A stretch of 64,000 nt of DNA from an uncultured Methylomirabilota bacterium (GTDB lineage: Bacteria; Methylomirabilota; Methylomirabilia; Methylomirabilales; 2-02-FULL-66-22), in NCBI GenBank assembly GCA_963705305.1, contig OY970067.1, forward strand, positions 2,624,001 through 2,688,000, read 5' to 3'. The notes below the pieces were generated by a model. It was not told where the DNA came from. It saw only the letters and a list, made by a program, of their open reading frames with translations, and searched no databases. Position numbers and translations under genes: made by a program. Each line of letters opens with the position of its first letter. Position 1 is the first letter of the stretch. Shown here piece by piece: positions 41,425 through 51,568 of this stretch.

Positions 41425-42279
41425 TTATTGAGGAACTACCTCGTACTCGAGGAAGCTTTTCACTTTTTCGGAGATGGGATAGTGGACATCAGCCTTGGAG
41501 CCGAACCACTTGTCGTACAGTCTGAAATACTCGCCGGTCGCGATGGCGTTCATCAAGGCGCTGTCCACCAGCAAGCGGAAGTCATCATCGTTCCTGCGCA
41601 TGGCCATGCCGTAGGGCTCGTAGGTGTAAAAATCACCCACAACGTCCCATTCGCCGGAATTCGGCGCCTTGTCCTTCAGGCCGACCAACTGGATGCCGTC
41701 ATTCGTGTAGGCGTCGATCTTCCCCTCGGCCAACGCCGTGAAGGCCGCGGCCTGATCCGGGAAGATGACGAGCTGGGCCTGAGGCACCCGCGCGCGCAGG
41801 GCCCGCTCGTTGGTCGAACCCTGCTGGGTGCCGATGCGCTTGCCGGCGATGTCGGCGATGCCGTGAATGGGACTCCCCTTCTTCACCAGGAATTGCGCCC
41901 CCGTGACGAAAAAGGTGAGGCTGAAGGAGACGCTTTCCCGGCGGGACCGCGTGTCCGTCATGGTGCCGGAGATCAGATCCACCGTCCCGCTGCTGAGGAG
42001 CGGGATGCGGGTCGCCGGGGTGCTTTCTTTCAACTCGAACTTGATGGACTTGCCCAGCTTCTTCTCGATGTCCCGATGGACGAGTTTCGCCAAGTCCACC
42101 GAGAACCCCACCCACTCGTTCTGCTTGTTGATGTATCCGAAGGGGGGCGAGGCGGTCCGGGTTCCGACGGTGAACACGCCCGTTCTGTTGATCTTCTCCA
42201 GGGTGGTCTCGGCCCATCCGGCCGTCGTCAAGCCGAGGACGAGCACGGCTACCGCCGCTACGCTCAACGCCTTTCGCAT
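41425..42279 (-). CDS. Amino acid ABC substrate-binding protein (GltI-like, Glu/Asp)
   Basis: Signal peptide; TLEKINRTG, SPPFGY, TRIPLLSSGTVD, EPYGMAMRRND; RBS GGAGG. Confidence 0.9.
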   Translation of the reverse strand: MRKALSVAAVAVLVLGLTTAGWAETTLEKINRTGVFTVGTRTASPPFGYINKQNEWVGFSVDLAKLVHRDIEKKLGKSIKFELKESTPATRIPLLSSGTVDLISGTMTDTRSRRESVSFSLTFFVTGAQFLVKKGSPIHGIADIAGKRIGTQQGSTNERALRARVPQAQLVIFPDQAAAFTALAEGKIDAYTNDGIQLVGLKDKAPNSGEWDVVGDFYTYEPYGMAMRRNDDDFRLLVDSALMNAIATGEYFRLYDKWFGSKADVHYPISEKVKSFLEYEVVPQ

Positions 42280-42381
42280 CTGCCTCCTCCTCTCTCGGAC
42301 TGTCCAGTGCCGATGACGATCGACGAAGGCGGGGGCCTCTCGATCCACTCGGGCGTCTCGCACCGCCAATCGTCAATCCGA

Positions 42382-43110
42382 TTAGTGGACCAGGATCTTG
42401 CTCAAAAACGTCCGCGTGCGTTCTTCCTTGGGATTGGCGAAGAAATCTTGCGGGTTCCCCTCCTCGATGATCCGCCCCTCGTCCATGAAGATGATGCGGT
42501 GGGCCACCTTCTTGGCGAAGCCCATCTCGTGGGTCACCACCATCATCGTCATGCCCTCCCGGGCCAGATTCACCATGACATCCAGCACTTCGTTGATCAT
42601 CTCGGGATCCAAGGCCGAGGTCGGCTCGTCAAACAGCATGATCTTGGGCTGCATGGCCAGCGCCCGGGCGATGGCCACCCGCTGCTGCTGGCCGCCCGAG
42701 AGCTGGGCGGGATAGTTCTCGGCCTTCTCGGGGATGCCAACCTTGGCCAGCAGGTCCCTCGCGATCCGCTCCCCCTCTGCCCGCGACTGCTTCCGCACCT
42801 TGAGGGGGGCGAGAGTAATGTTGGCGAGCGCGGTCATATGGGGGTAGAGATTGAATTGCTGGAAGACCATGCCGACCTCGGCCCGCAGCCGGGTGATGTC
42901 GGTGGCCCGATCGTTGAGCGGCATGCCGTCCACCACGATCTCGCCCCGCTGGATCGGCTCCAGCTTGTTGATGCAGCGGATCAGCGTGCTCTTGCCGGAG
43001 CCGCTGGGGCCGCAGATGACCACGACTTCGCCCGCGCGAATGTCCAGGTTGATGTCCTTGAGGACATGCAGGACCCCAAACCACTTGTTCACGCCGCGGA
43101 ACTGAATCAC
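42382..43110 (-). CDS. Amino acid ABC ATP-binding protein (GltL/GlnQ-like)
   Basis: [46 protein letters not shown]. Confidence 0.95.
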   Translation of the reverse strand: MIQFRGVNKWFGVLHVLKDINLDIRAGEVVVICGPSGSGKSTLIRCINKLEPIQRGEIVVDGMPLNDRATDITRLRAEVGMVFQQFNLYPHMTALANITLAPLKVRKQSRAEGERIARDLLAKVGIPEKAENYPAQLSGGQQQRVAIARALAMQPKIMLFDEPTSALDPEMINEVLDVMVNLAREGMTMMVVTHEMGFAKKVAHRIIFMDEGRIIEEGNPQDFFANPKEERTRTFLSKILVH

Positions 43111-43229
43111 CAGGGGTCCCTCTCGTCACTGGCAGGCCGGCGACCGATGGCTGGCCGCCGCGCATTGCCGCCGCCTAGCTTGTTCGGTGGAGGGTATGGA
43201 CGTTCTTTTGCGGCAGCGGTGTGATCCGC

Positions 43230-43973
43230 TCAGCCCCGGTCTTTGTAGCAGCGCCGGCCGGCCGGCGTTCGCAATTCATCGGCCAGGGCGCGGCGGACGG
43301 CAGCCTGGGCCAGGATCCACGTCGGATCGATGACCGGCACGGACACATCCCCCGACTGGAGGATCAGCGGGATCTCGGTGCAGCCGGCGAGAATACCCTC
43401 GGCCCCACATGCGATCAGCTGCTGGGCGGCCTCGCAAATTTGCCGGCGCGGGCCGTCCAGATCCGAGCCGTGCTTCACGCCGTAGATGGCCTCCATGACG
43501 TGGGTGGCCTGCATGGCGGGATCGGGAGCGATGACGGCCATCCCCTTTGGCTCGAAGAACGACTCGAAGAGGCGAGCCTGGACGGTGCCGGTGGTGGCCA
43601 GGAGTCCCAGCCGGCGCCACTGCGGAGACTGATCCTGCACGGCGGCCAGGGTCTCGCCGATCAGATGCAGCAGGGGGACGGGCACCGAGCGCTGGAGGCC
43701 CTCGTAGAAGTGGTGGGCGGTGACGCACGGCATGGCTAGCAGCTCTGCGCCCGCCCGCACCAACACCTCGGCGGTCGCCACCAGGGCCGGAAGGGGATCG
43801 GGTCCTTCGCCGCGAATGGCGGCGGTCCGATCGGGGATCTGGGGGTTGCTGAAAATGAGGACCTTGAGGTGATCCTGGTCCGAGGCGGCCGGGGTCGCCC
43901 GGATAATCTTCTGGTAAAAGTCAGCCGTGGCCGCCGGGCCCATTCCACCGAGAACACCGATCATTTTCGGCAT
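43230..43973 (-). CDS. Aspartate/glutamate racemase family protein (aspartate racemase-like)
   Basis: IGVLGGMGPAAT, PDRT, MPCVTAH and AGCTEIP (two catalytic Cys). Confidence 0.92.
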   Translation of the reverse strand: MPKMIGVLGGMGPAATADFYQKIIRATPAASDQDHLKVLIFSNPQIPDRTAAIRGEGPDPLPALVATAEVLVRAGAELLAMPCVTAHHFYEGLQRSVPVPLLHLIGETLAAVQDQSPQWRRLGLLATTGTVQARLFESFFEPKGMAVIAPDPAMQATHVMEAIYGVKHGSDLDGPRRQICEAAQQLIACGAEGILAGCTEIPLILQSGDVSVPVIDPTWILAQAAVRRALADELRTPAGRRCYKDRG

Positions 43974-44790
43974 GGGTCCCTCTCGATCAAGGAGCCACCG
44001 ATTACTGTTTGGCTATCATTACATCCTGCCCCCTCCCTGTCAAGGAAGAGCCGCCTGCCTTAATCTCCGGCTAACGTCGAAGGCCGGTAGTGCACATCAG
44101 TCGCGCCCGCATTCATGGCTGCGGGGGCGGCTGCCCGCCTCGGACCTGGTCGCACCCGGCGGGTGGCGCCCCGTAGAGGCGATGCACAAGTTAGCCGGAG
44201 ATTTGGGGCCTGTTTGTGGTAGCCGCCTGTTCGCCTGTTCGCTGATCCGGTCGCCCGGAGTTTCCCGATTGCAGAGGCAGATCGACGGGATGCTGCCGCA
44301 GGCAGTTCTTCCCCGAAGCCGCGGGGATCGCTCCGGCGTGTCGACCGTGTCTTGCACGCCGGCGCATGGAGGAGGGCGGAGGTCGCTTGCGGCTGGAGCG
44401 TGCTCTCCGAGAGATCTGGGCTTTCCAGCCTCGCCTTGGCGGCGGATGTCAGATGGAAACGGTGCACGTACTCGTGATGTCCGGAGCGATGTTGTGGGGA
44501 CTCTCCATGTTCCGCCGTGTGAGCTGCGAGGACCTCTTGCCCGCCGACGGCCAGCCAAATCGCCTTGCCGAACGAATGCACGCCGAATCGGACATAGTTC
44601 ATTTCGACTGTTGCGAACCAAGAACGATTGAGGTAAAAGGGACAAACAAAAGGCGGTTTGGCGCGAGGATTCTCCAGTGAAGGTCAAAAATGTCCCTTAT
44701 GCCGGACCAGGGGACATGACTTGTTAAACATATTGATGGGGGCTGGGTGAGATGCTTGCCCCGACGGCTCGAGCTTGAGGAGGGCGCCGG

Positions 44791-45243
44791 ATGAAACTGA
44801 CGCGTGGCGGCGAGTACGGAATTCGTGGAGTCCTCTATCTTGCCCAGCAGGAAGAGGGCAAAGTCAGCATGCTCTCGGCGATCGCCAAAGCCCAGGACGT
44901 TCCTCCAAGGTTCCTGGCCAAGATCTTCCAGGCGTTGGCCAAGGCCGGGGTGGTCAAGTCCCACCGCGGGGCTAAGGGAGGATTCTCTCTGGGGCGTGCG
45001 GCCTCCGAGATCACCATCAGGGATGTCATCGAGGCTGTAGAGGGGCCGATTTATCTTAATGTCTGCCTCATGGGTCCCGGGGAGTGCGAGCGAGACCATC
45101 TCTGTCCCGTTCACGCCGTCTGGGAGGAGGCTCAAGAAAAGATGATGAGCGTCCTGGCTCGGACCAATTTCGGGGACTTGGCAAAATCGGCCAGGCAGCT
45201 GGAGCTGGTCAACATCTCGTCCTCGCAGCCTTCCAGGCCGTAG
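44791..45243 (+). CDS. Rrf2 family regulator with three C-terminal Cys
   Basis: EYGIRG, SHRGAKGGFSL, VIEAVEG, CLMGPGECERDHLC; RBS GAGGAGG. Confidence 0.92.
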   Translation: MKLTRGGEYGIRGVLYLAQQEEGKVSMLSAIAKAQDVPPRFLAKIFQALAKAGVVKSHRGAKGGFSLGRAASEITIRDVIEAVEGPIYLNVCLMGPGECERDHLCPVHAVWEEAQEKMMSVLARTNFGDLAKSARQLELVNISSSQPSRP

Positions 45244-45384
45244 GGCTTCTTTTGGGGGCCTCGAGGCCGCTGCGATCTCAGGCGCGGGCGGCTGGCGGGA
45301 GCGCCGGCGCCCGCTCTTTTATTGCGGCCTTTTGGGATGGCACATTTCAGGGCCAACCCGTTCGGGGCTCAAGCACCCTTCCGG

Positions 45385-45413
45385 TTGCAAATCGCCCTCC
45401 CGTAGGCTATGAT
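45385..45413 (+). promoter_or_regulatory. sigma70-type promoter
   Basis: TTGCAA-N17-TATGAT. Confidence 0.6.
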
Positions 45414-45448
45414 CCGCAGCGAAAATGCGCGATTTCGAGGTGTACGGT

Positions 45449-48085
45449 ATGCCGGCTCCGGCGAGTTATAGCTCTGCGATTGCCGACCACATTCTGCCGT
45501 TCATCAGCAAGCCGTCCCGCTACGTGGCGGGGGAGTGGAATAGCGTGATCAAGGACCCGGATGCGGTCGACGTCCGGGTGGCCCTGGCCTTCCCGGATAC
45601 CTACGAGATCGGGATGTCGCACATGGGCCTCAAGATCCTCTACCAGCTGCTGAACGCCAGACAAGGGATCCAGGCCGAGCGGGCCTACGCGCCCTGGCCG
45701 GATGCCGAGGCCTTGTTCCGCCGCCACGGCATCCCGCTCTACAGCCACGAGTCCGACCGGCCCCTGGCGGACTTCGACGTCCTCGGCTTCACCCTCCAGT
45801 ACGAACTGTCCTTTGCCACCATCCTGGCCATGCTCGACCTGGCCGGGATCCCGCTGTACAGCCGGGATCGCGACGGGCGCCATCCCCTGGTCCTGGCGGG
45901 CGGGCCGGTGGCCTTCAACCCGGAACCGATGGCCGATTTCATGGACGGTTTCCTCATCGGCGACGGCGAGGAGGCGACCCTGGAGGTCTGCAACGTCGTC
46001 CGGGAGTGGAAGCGACAGGGCGGCCGGCGCGGCGAGTTGCTGCGGGCCCTCAAGGGGATCGCCGGCATGTACGTCCCGGCCCTGCACCGGCCGGGCGAGG
46101 TCGTCCGCAAGCGAACGGCCCTCCGCCTGGACGGAGTGGACTACGGGAAGTTCCCCGTCCCCTACATGGAGATCGTGCACGACCGGGCCAACCTCGAGGT
46201 CATGCGCGGCTGCGCCCAGGGCTGCCGGTTCTGTCAGGCCGGGTATATCTACCGGCCGGTCCGCGAGCACTCGGCCCCGGCCATCCGCCGGATGGCGGAG
46301 CGGGCGCTGGCAGGCACCGGCTACGAAGAGGTGTCGCTCTCGGCGCTGTCCATCGCGGACCTGTCCTGCCTGCGGGACCTCGTGCCACCGCTGATGGCCG
46401 ATCTGGCTCCCGACAAGACGTCCCTCAGCCTGCCGTCGCTCCGGGTCGAGGCCCTCAACCGGAACCCCGAGCTCGCACAGGAGATTGGCAGGGTCCGCAA
46501 GACCGGGTTCACCATCGCCCCGGAGGCGGGCTCGGCGCGCCTGCGCACGGTCATCAATAAGGAAGGCTTCGACGAGGAGCAGATCTTCACGGCGGTTCGC
46601 ACTGCCGCCCGCGCGGGCTGGGAATCGGTGAAGTTTTACTTCATGATCGGGCTGCCCACCGAGGCCCAGGAGGATCTGGACGAGCTGGTGCGCGTGGCCC
46701 GGGAGTCGGCGCGGATCGCGCGGCAGGAGCGGTCGCGCGGCTTCGGCCTCACCGTGAGCGCCAGCTCCTTCGTCCCCAAGCCGCATACGCCCTTCCAGTG
46801 GTTCGCGCAGGAGCCGATGTCCGTGCTGAAGGAGAAGCAGGCTTATCTGCGCGCGCGGCTGCGCGAGGCGCGGATCGATTTCAAGTGGCATCAGGTCGAG
46901 TCATCGTTCCTGGAGGCGGTTTTCAGCCTGGCCGGCCGGGAGGTGGGTGCCGCCATCGCCCTGGGCATGCAGCGAGGGTGCCGGTTCGACGGGTGGACGG
47001 AACAGCTCCGCTTCGAGACCTGGATGGAGGTCCTGCACGAGACCGGCGTGGACCCCATGGCCATCGCCAATTCCCCGCGCGACCCGGCGGGACCGCTGGC
47101 CTGGGATCATATCGACTGCGGGGTCTCCAAATCCTACCTCCAGCGGGAGTACGCCAGAGCTCTCCGGGTGAAAGGGACCCCGGACTGCCACGTGGGCCCG
47201 TGCGGCAGCTGCGGCGAGATCTGCGTTCCCAGCTGGCGGCGCTGGGCCCAGGAGGTCGGCATGCTGCCGGCCGGGGAATCCGGGGCCGCCGCGCCGCCCG
47301 CGGCACACCAGGCCGCGGGCCGGAGGCTCGATCCGCCGGCGCCTGTGGATGAGCCGGTCCCGCCGAGCCCGTCCGTCCCGCTGCAGCCGGTGCAAAGAAT
47401 CCAATTCGAATTCCAGAAGGTGGGAAGGCTTCGCTACCTCTCCCACCTTGAACTGATGCGGGCGCTCCAGCGCGCACTGCGGCGCGCCGGCGTCCCCGTC
47501 GCCCACACGCAGGGCTTCAACCCCCAGCCGCGCCTTTCCATCGCCCAGGCTTTGGCCGTCGGCGTGGAGGGCCTCCGCGAGCTGGGAGAGGTGGAGCTGG
47601 TCAGGCGGGTGGATCCGGTGGGACTGCCGGCGGGCTGGAACGCGCACCTGGCGCCCGAGCTCAAGATTCTCCGGGCATGGGAAGCCCCCCTGCAGGGGCC
47701 GTCGCTTTCCACCGGGGTACGGGGTGCGGTGTACCGGATCCAGTTGCAGCCGAACGGCTGGGGTGCGTTTGTCCTGGCCGATCTCGGCACCACCGAGGCC
47801 TGTGCCGCCTTCCTGGCGCAGGACCCCATTCCCGTCGAGGTGCAGAAGAAGGGCCAATCCGTCCGCCTCGACGCGCGCCCTTTCATCCAGGGATTCACCG
47901 CCGCGAGTACCGCGGGCCGGCCCGAGTGGGCGTTGGTCCTGCGGGCCGGCCTGGGAGGCAGCGTCAAGCCCCAGGCGGTCATGCGGAGCTTCCTGGGACA
48001 GGGCGTTCCCCCCGGTGAGCTGGAGCACCTGATCTCGTCCCTGCGGATCGCGCGCACGGCCCTCGCCCTTGAGGGCCAGGGGTAG
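45449..48085 (+). CDS. TIGR03960-type radical SAM protein fused to a TIGR03936/DUF2344 domain
   Basis: KPSRY, FPDTYEIGMSH, CAQGCRFC, FVPKPHTPFQW; C-terminal RYLSHLELMR, GFNPQP; start 45449 (RBS GAGGTG) or 45425. Confidence 0.88.
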   Translation: MPAPASYSSAIADHILPFISKPSRYVAGEWNSVIKDPDAVDVRVALAFPDTYEIGMSHMGLKILYQLLNARQGIQAERAYAPWPDAEALFRRHGIPLYSHESDRPLADFDVLGFTLQYELSFATILAMLDLAGIPLYSRDRDGRHPLVLAGGPVAFNPEPMADFMDGFLIGDGEEATLEVCNVVREWKRQGGRRGELLRALKGIAGMYVPALHRPGEVVRKRTALRLDGVDYGKFPVPYMEIVHDRANLEVMRGCAQGCRFCQAGYIYRPVREHSAPAIRRMAERALAGTGYEEVSLSALSIADLSCLRDLVPPLMADLAPDKTSLSLPSLRVEALNRNPELAQEIGRVRKTGFTIAPEAGSARLRTVINKEGFDEEQIFTAVRTAARAGWESVKFYFMIGLPTEAQEDLDELVRVARESARIARQERSRGFGLTVSASSFVPKPHTPFQWFAQEPMSVLKEKQAYLRARLREARIDFKWHQVESSFLEAVFSLAGREVGAAIALGMQRGCRFDGWTEQLRFETWMEVLHETGVDPMAIANSPRDPAGPLAWDHIDCGVSKSYLQREYARALRVKGTPDCHVGPCGSCGEICVPSWRRWAQEVGMLPAGESGAAAPPAAHQAAGRRLDPPAPVDEPVPPSPSVPLQPVQRIQFEFQKVGRLRYLSHLELMRALQRALRRAGVPVAHTQGFNPQPRLSIAQALAVGVEGLRELGEVELVRRVDPVGLPAGWNAHLAPELKILRAWEAPLQGPSLSTGVRGAVYRIQLQPNGWGAFVLADLGTTEACAAFLAQDPIPVEVQKKGQSVRLDARPFIQGFTAASTAGRPEWALVLRAGLGGSVKPQAVMRSFLGQGVPPGELEHLISSLRIARTALALEGQG

Positions 48086-48166
48086 GCCTCCCGGGTCTCC
48101 GCGTCCTCCCCTCCAACGGAGGTGGGATTCCTGCGGACGGGCGGGCGGAGGTTCGAGGTCTGCCAC

Positions 48167-49720
48167 ATGAAACGCGAGATCATTGTCAATTCCTCCCTGG
48201 TGGAGACCCGGGTGGCCGTCATCGAAGACGGCACCCTGGTCGAGCTCCTCATCGACGACTCCCATTCGCAGAGCCTGGCCGGGAACATCTACAAGGGGCG
48301 GGTCCTGAAGATCCTGCCCGGCATGCAGGCTGCCTTCGTGGACATCGGCTTGCCCCGGGACGCATTCCTGTACGTGCGGGACATCTGGGAGGAGATGGAG
48401 ACGTACGAGGAGCTCCTGGCCCTCGGCGAGGAAGAGGGGGAAGGGGAGCTGCCGGCGGTCGAGCCGGAGGCCCCGCCGGCCAAGGCCGGCCGGCGCAACC
48501 GCCCGCGGCACGCGTCCCACGTTTCCATCGAAGAGCTCATCCAGGAGGGCCAGGAGGTGCTGGTGCAGGTGGCGCGGGAGCCCTTGGGCACCAAGGGGGC
48601 GCGCATCACCTCGCACATCACCCTGCCGGGGCGCTATCTGGTGTACATGCCCACGGAGTCCCATGTAGGTGTCTCCCGCAAGATCGAGAGCGAGGCCGAG
48701 CGCAGCCGCCTGAAGCAGGTGATCGAAGAGGTGAACGCGGCGCGGGAAGGCATCATCGTCCGGACGGCCGGGGTGGGGCGGGCGAAGGGGGAGATCCAGG
48801 CGGACTTCGAGTTCCTGCGCTCCACCTGGCGGGCCATCCGGGCCAAGGGGGAGACCCTCAACGCCCCGGCCCTGGTCCAGAAGGACCTGGATCTGATCTT
48901 CCGCATCTTCCGCGACCTGATCACCAAGGACGTGACCCGCCTGGTGGTGGACTCGGCCGTCGAGTACGAGCGCTGCATGGAGTACACGGAGTCGCTGTTC
49001 CCGGAGCTCCGCCAGCTCCTGTTTCTGTACACCGAGGACGAGCCGATCTTCAAGAGCTTCGGCATCGAGCGCGAGGTGGAGAAGGCCCTGCGCAGCAAGG
49101 TCTGGCTGAAGTCGGGGGGTTACCTGGTCATCGAGCAGACGGAGGCCCTGGTGTCGGTGGATGTCAACACCGGGAAGTACGTCGGGAAGCACGACTTCGA
49201 GGAGACCATCCTCAAGACCAACCGCGAGGCGGCGGCCGAGATCGCGCGCCAGGTGCGCTTGCGGGACCTGGGCGGCATCATCATCATCGACTTCATCGAC
49301 ATGGCCCGCCAGGAGAACCGGGACAAGGTCATGGCCGAGCTCAAGGAGGCGCTGAAGGTCGACCGGTCGCCCACCAATGTCTCTCTGATCTCGGAGCTGG
49401 GGCTGGTGGAAATGACCCGCAAGCGGGTGCGCCAGGGGCTGAACCAGTCCCTCAGCCAGACCTGCGCCGCCTGCGGCGGCCTGGGCTGGGTTCGCTCCAC
49501 CGCGTCGATCGCGCACCAGGCTCTGCGCGAGGTGGAGTGGCGGATGAGCCACAAGGGGCTGCCCCGGATCAAGATCCGGGCCGCCCGCGATCTGGTGGAC
49601 TGGATGAAGGCCGAGGAGGCGGAGGTCCTGGACACTCTGCGGCAGACCCTGGGCGGGGAGATCGAGATCCTGCCCGAAGAGACCTACCCGCCGGGCAAGT
49701 ACTCGCTGCTGGAAGGGTAG
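48167..49720 (+). CDS. rng: Ribonuclease E/G family
   Basis: GNIYKGRV, AAFVDIG, DVNTGKY, RLRDLGGIIIIDFIDM. Confidence 0.93.
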   Translation: MKREIIVNSSLVETRVAVIEDGTLVELLIDDSHSQSLAGNIYKGRVLKILPGMQAAFVDIGLPRDAFLYVRDIWEEMETYEELLALGEEEGEGELPAVEPEAPPAKAGRRNRPRHASHVSIEELIQEGQEVLVQVAREPLGTKGARITSHITLPGRYLVYMPTESHVGVSRKIESEAERSRLKQVIEEVNAAREGIIVRTAGVGRAKGEIQADFEFLRSTWRAIRAKGETLNAPALVQKDLDLIFRIFRDLITKDVTRLVVDSAVEYERCMEYTESLFPELRQLLFLYTEDEPIFKSFGIEREVEKALRSKVWLKSGGYLVIEQTEALVSVDVNTGKYVGKHDFEETILKTNREAAAEIARQVRLRDLGGIIIIDFIDMARQENRDKVMAELKEALKVDRSPTNVSLISELGLVEMTRKRVRQGLNQSLSQTCAACGGLGWVRSTASIAHQALREVEWRMSHKGLPRIKIRAARDLVDWMKAEEAEVLDTLRQTLGGEIEILPEETYPPGKYSLLEG

Positions 49721-49975
49721 GTACGTCCTCCCGATCCCTGCCAGCCGCGGGAGCGAAGAGCCGGCATTCGGCGCCATGGACGGCGGCTCTCTCGAAGAGC
49801 CGGTTGACCTGCTGGACCTTGGCGCCGCTCTGGCCCGCCTGATCGACCCCACCGACACCTGTAGGGGGCGACGTCCCGCATCCCAGTGGAGCCAGCACTT
49901 GTGACGCTGGGGGAAGGGCTAGCCGCCACCAATGCCCTGCCTGGCGCCCTGCTGCGAAGGGCGTTCTCAGGGGCG

Positions 49976-50069
49976 CCTTGAAAGTTTCCTTGCAAAGCGC
50001 CGAGAGCTTTGAAAGAATCTGGCCGTTTTCTTTGAAAGCGTTTTGCGCTTTTGAACCCGGCTTTGAAGG
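49976..50069. repeat. Cluster of CTTTGAAAG-like near-palindromes upstream of fic
   Basis: CCTTGAAAG 49976, CTTGCAAAG 49989, CTTTGAAAG 50007 and 50030, CTTTGAAGG 50061. Confidence 0.65.
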
Positions 50070-50074
50070 CTGTA

Positions 50075-51277
50075 ATGGAGGACTGCTGCGTGGAACCAGG
50101 GGAATTTCGAGCGCCAGCCGCAGGCAAGGTCATCCAGAGTCGCGCCGGATACACGGCTTTCGTTCCCGCGCCTCTGCCGCCTGCACTCGACTATTCCGCC
50201 GAGCTTGTGTTGACGCTCTCGCGCGCCGACGCCGCGCTCAGTGAGCTTTCAGGGCTGGGCCGTCATCTGCCGAATCCACATCTCTTGATTGCACCGTATG
50301 TCCGGCGCGAGGCGGTGCTCTCATCTCGTATTGAGGGGACGCGGGCGACCTTATCCGACCTCCTGATGGAAGAGGTCGGCGCGCACGCGGCCAATGGTGA
50401 TCCGGAGGATGTGAGGGAGGTGCGCAACTACGTCGCCGCTCTAGAGTACGGCTTGGAGCGCCTGGAGAGTCTGCCGCTGTCGCTCCGCCTTGTGAGGGAG
50501 CTGCGTGAGCGCCTCATGAAGGGGGTGCGAGGGGAGCGGGCGACGCCGGGGGAATTCCGACGGTCGCAGAATTGGATTGGCCCGCCCGGAAGTACGCTCG
50601 AGACCGCGCCGTATGTTCCACCTCCACCGGACGAAATGCAGGAAGCCCTCTCCACTTGGGAGAAGTTCCTGCACGAGCGGAATCAGCTCCCAGAGCTCAT
50701 CCAGTGCGCCCTCATTTACGAGCAGTTCGAGGCGATCCATCCGTTCCTGGACGGGAATGGCCGGGTGGGGCGCTTGCTCATCCCTCTATTCTTGATCGAG
50801 CGGGGTCGCCTTTCGCAGCCACTCCTGTATCTGTCGGCCTACATCGAGGCGCATCGCCACGAGTACTATGATCGCCTCCAGACGGTGCGGACGGACGGGG
50901 ACTGGAATGGGTGGTTGCTCTTCTTCCTCGCTGGCGTGATCGAGACCGCGTGGCAGGGGGTGAAACAGGCTGGGAGCCTGATGGATCTACGCGAGAAGTT
51001 CCGCGCCCAGCTCCGCAACAAGCCAAGGGCGCTTCTTCTGCTCGACGAACTATTCGTCAACCCCTACCTCACTGTTGCCAGGACGGTCCACCTCCTGAAG
51101 GTGTCCGACCCGACTGCACGCCAAGCTGTGCAACTGCTTGAGAAGTGCGGGATGCTGGAGGAGGTTACGGGGAGGGAGTGGGGTCGCCTATATCTCGCTC
51201 GGCCAATCCTCAACGCTATTGAGGGCAAGGTTCCCCAAAGACCCTCCGCCAAAGTGCGGAAGCGCGACGCGATCTGA
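50075..51277 (+). CDS. Fic family protein (N-terminal inhibitory motif, C-terminal wHTH)
   Basis: HPFLDGNGRVGR catalytic motif; SSRIEG inhibitory motif; start uncertain (50051, 50075 or 50090). Confidence 0.92.
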   Translation: MEDCCVEPGEFRAPAAGKVIQSRAGYTAFVPAPLPPALDYSAELVLTLSRADAALSELSGLGRHLPNPHLLIAPYVRREAVLSSRIEGTRATLSDLLMEEVGAHAANGDPEDVREVRNYVAALEYGLERLESLPLSLRLVRELRERLMKGVRGERATPGEFRRSQNWIGPPGSTLETAPYVPPPPDEMQEALSTWEKFLHERNQLPELIQCALIYEQFEAIHPFLDGNGRVGRLLIPLFLIERGRLSQPLLYLSAYIEAHRHEYYDRLQTVRTDGDWNGWLLFFLAGVIETAWQGVKQAGSLMDLREKFRAQLRNKPRALLLLDELFVNPYLTVARTVHLLKVSDPTARQAVQLLEKCGMLEEVTGREWGRLYLARPILNAIEGKVPQRPSAKVRKRDAI

Positions 51278-51288
51278 CCCGGGCTCCT

Positions 51289-51347
51289 ATTTTCGATGTT
51301 CGGCAAAATCGAAAACAACGGCCTATGTTGTTTTCGGCATCGAAAAT
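51289..51347. terminator. Nested inverted repeat after fic
   Basis: ATTTTCGATG...CATCGAAAAT enclosing CGAAAACAAC-N7-GTTGTTTTCG. Confidence 0.5.
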
Positions 51348-51428
51348 GGTGGTGCGATGAAACCCAACGGAAAGCGGCTGGCCACGCAGCAGTAGAGAAC
51401 GAAGTGGCTCGCCGCGGGCCGGAATTGC

Positions 51429-51457
51429 TTGACACTTTCGGACCTCCATGTTATAGA
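51429..51457 (+). promoter_or_regulatory. sigma70 promoter of the rplU operon
   Basis: TTGACA-N17-TATAGA with extended -10 TG. Confidence 0.7.
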
Positions 51458-51568
51458 AAATCCCCCGTCTCAGGATGAGGCGGGATCGCTTTTTTTGGTG
51501 AGGCGAGGCCTGAAGACTCGCCGATCGTGTCAGGCAGTTTCGCGCGGCCTGGAATGGAAGGAGCACCC

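Noticed and set aside
46901..49858. Long antisense ORFs (985 aa here; also 61170..63542, 25259..27256, 41428..43224) and long same-strand alternate-frame ORFs (10345..12678)
   Set aside because: Shadow frames of well-supported genes, expected in high-GC DNA, with no motifs
49976..50069. CRISPR array (TTGAAAG-like words)
   Set aside because: Units are 9 bp with irregular short spacing and no cas genes are present
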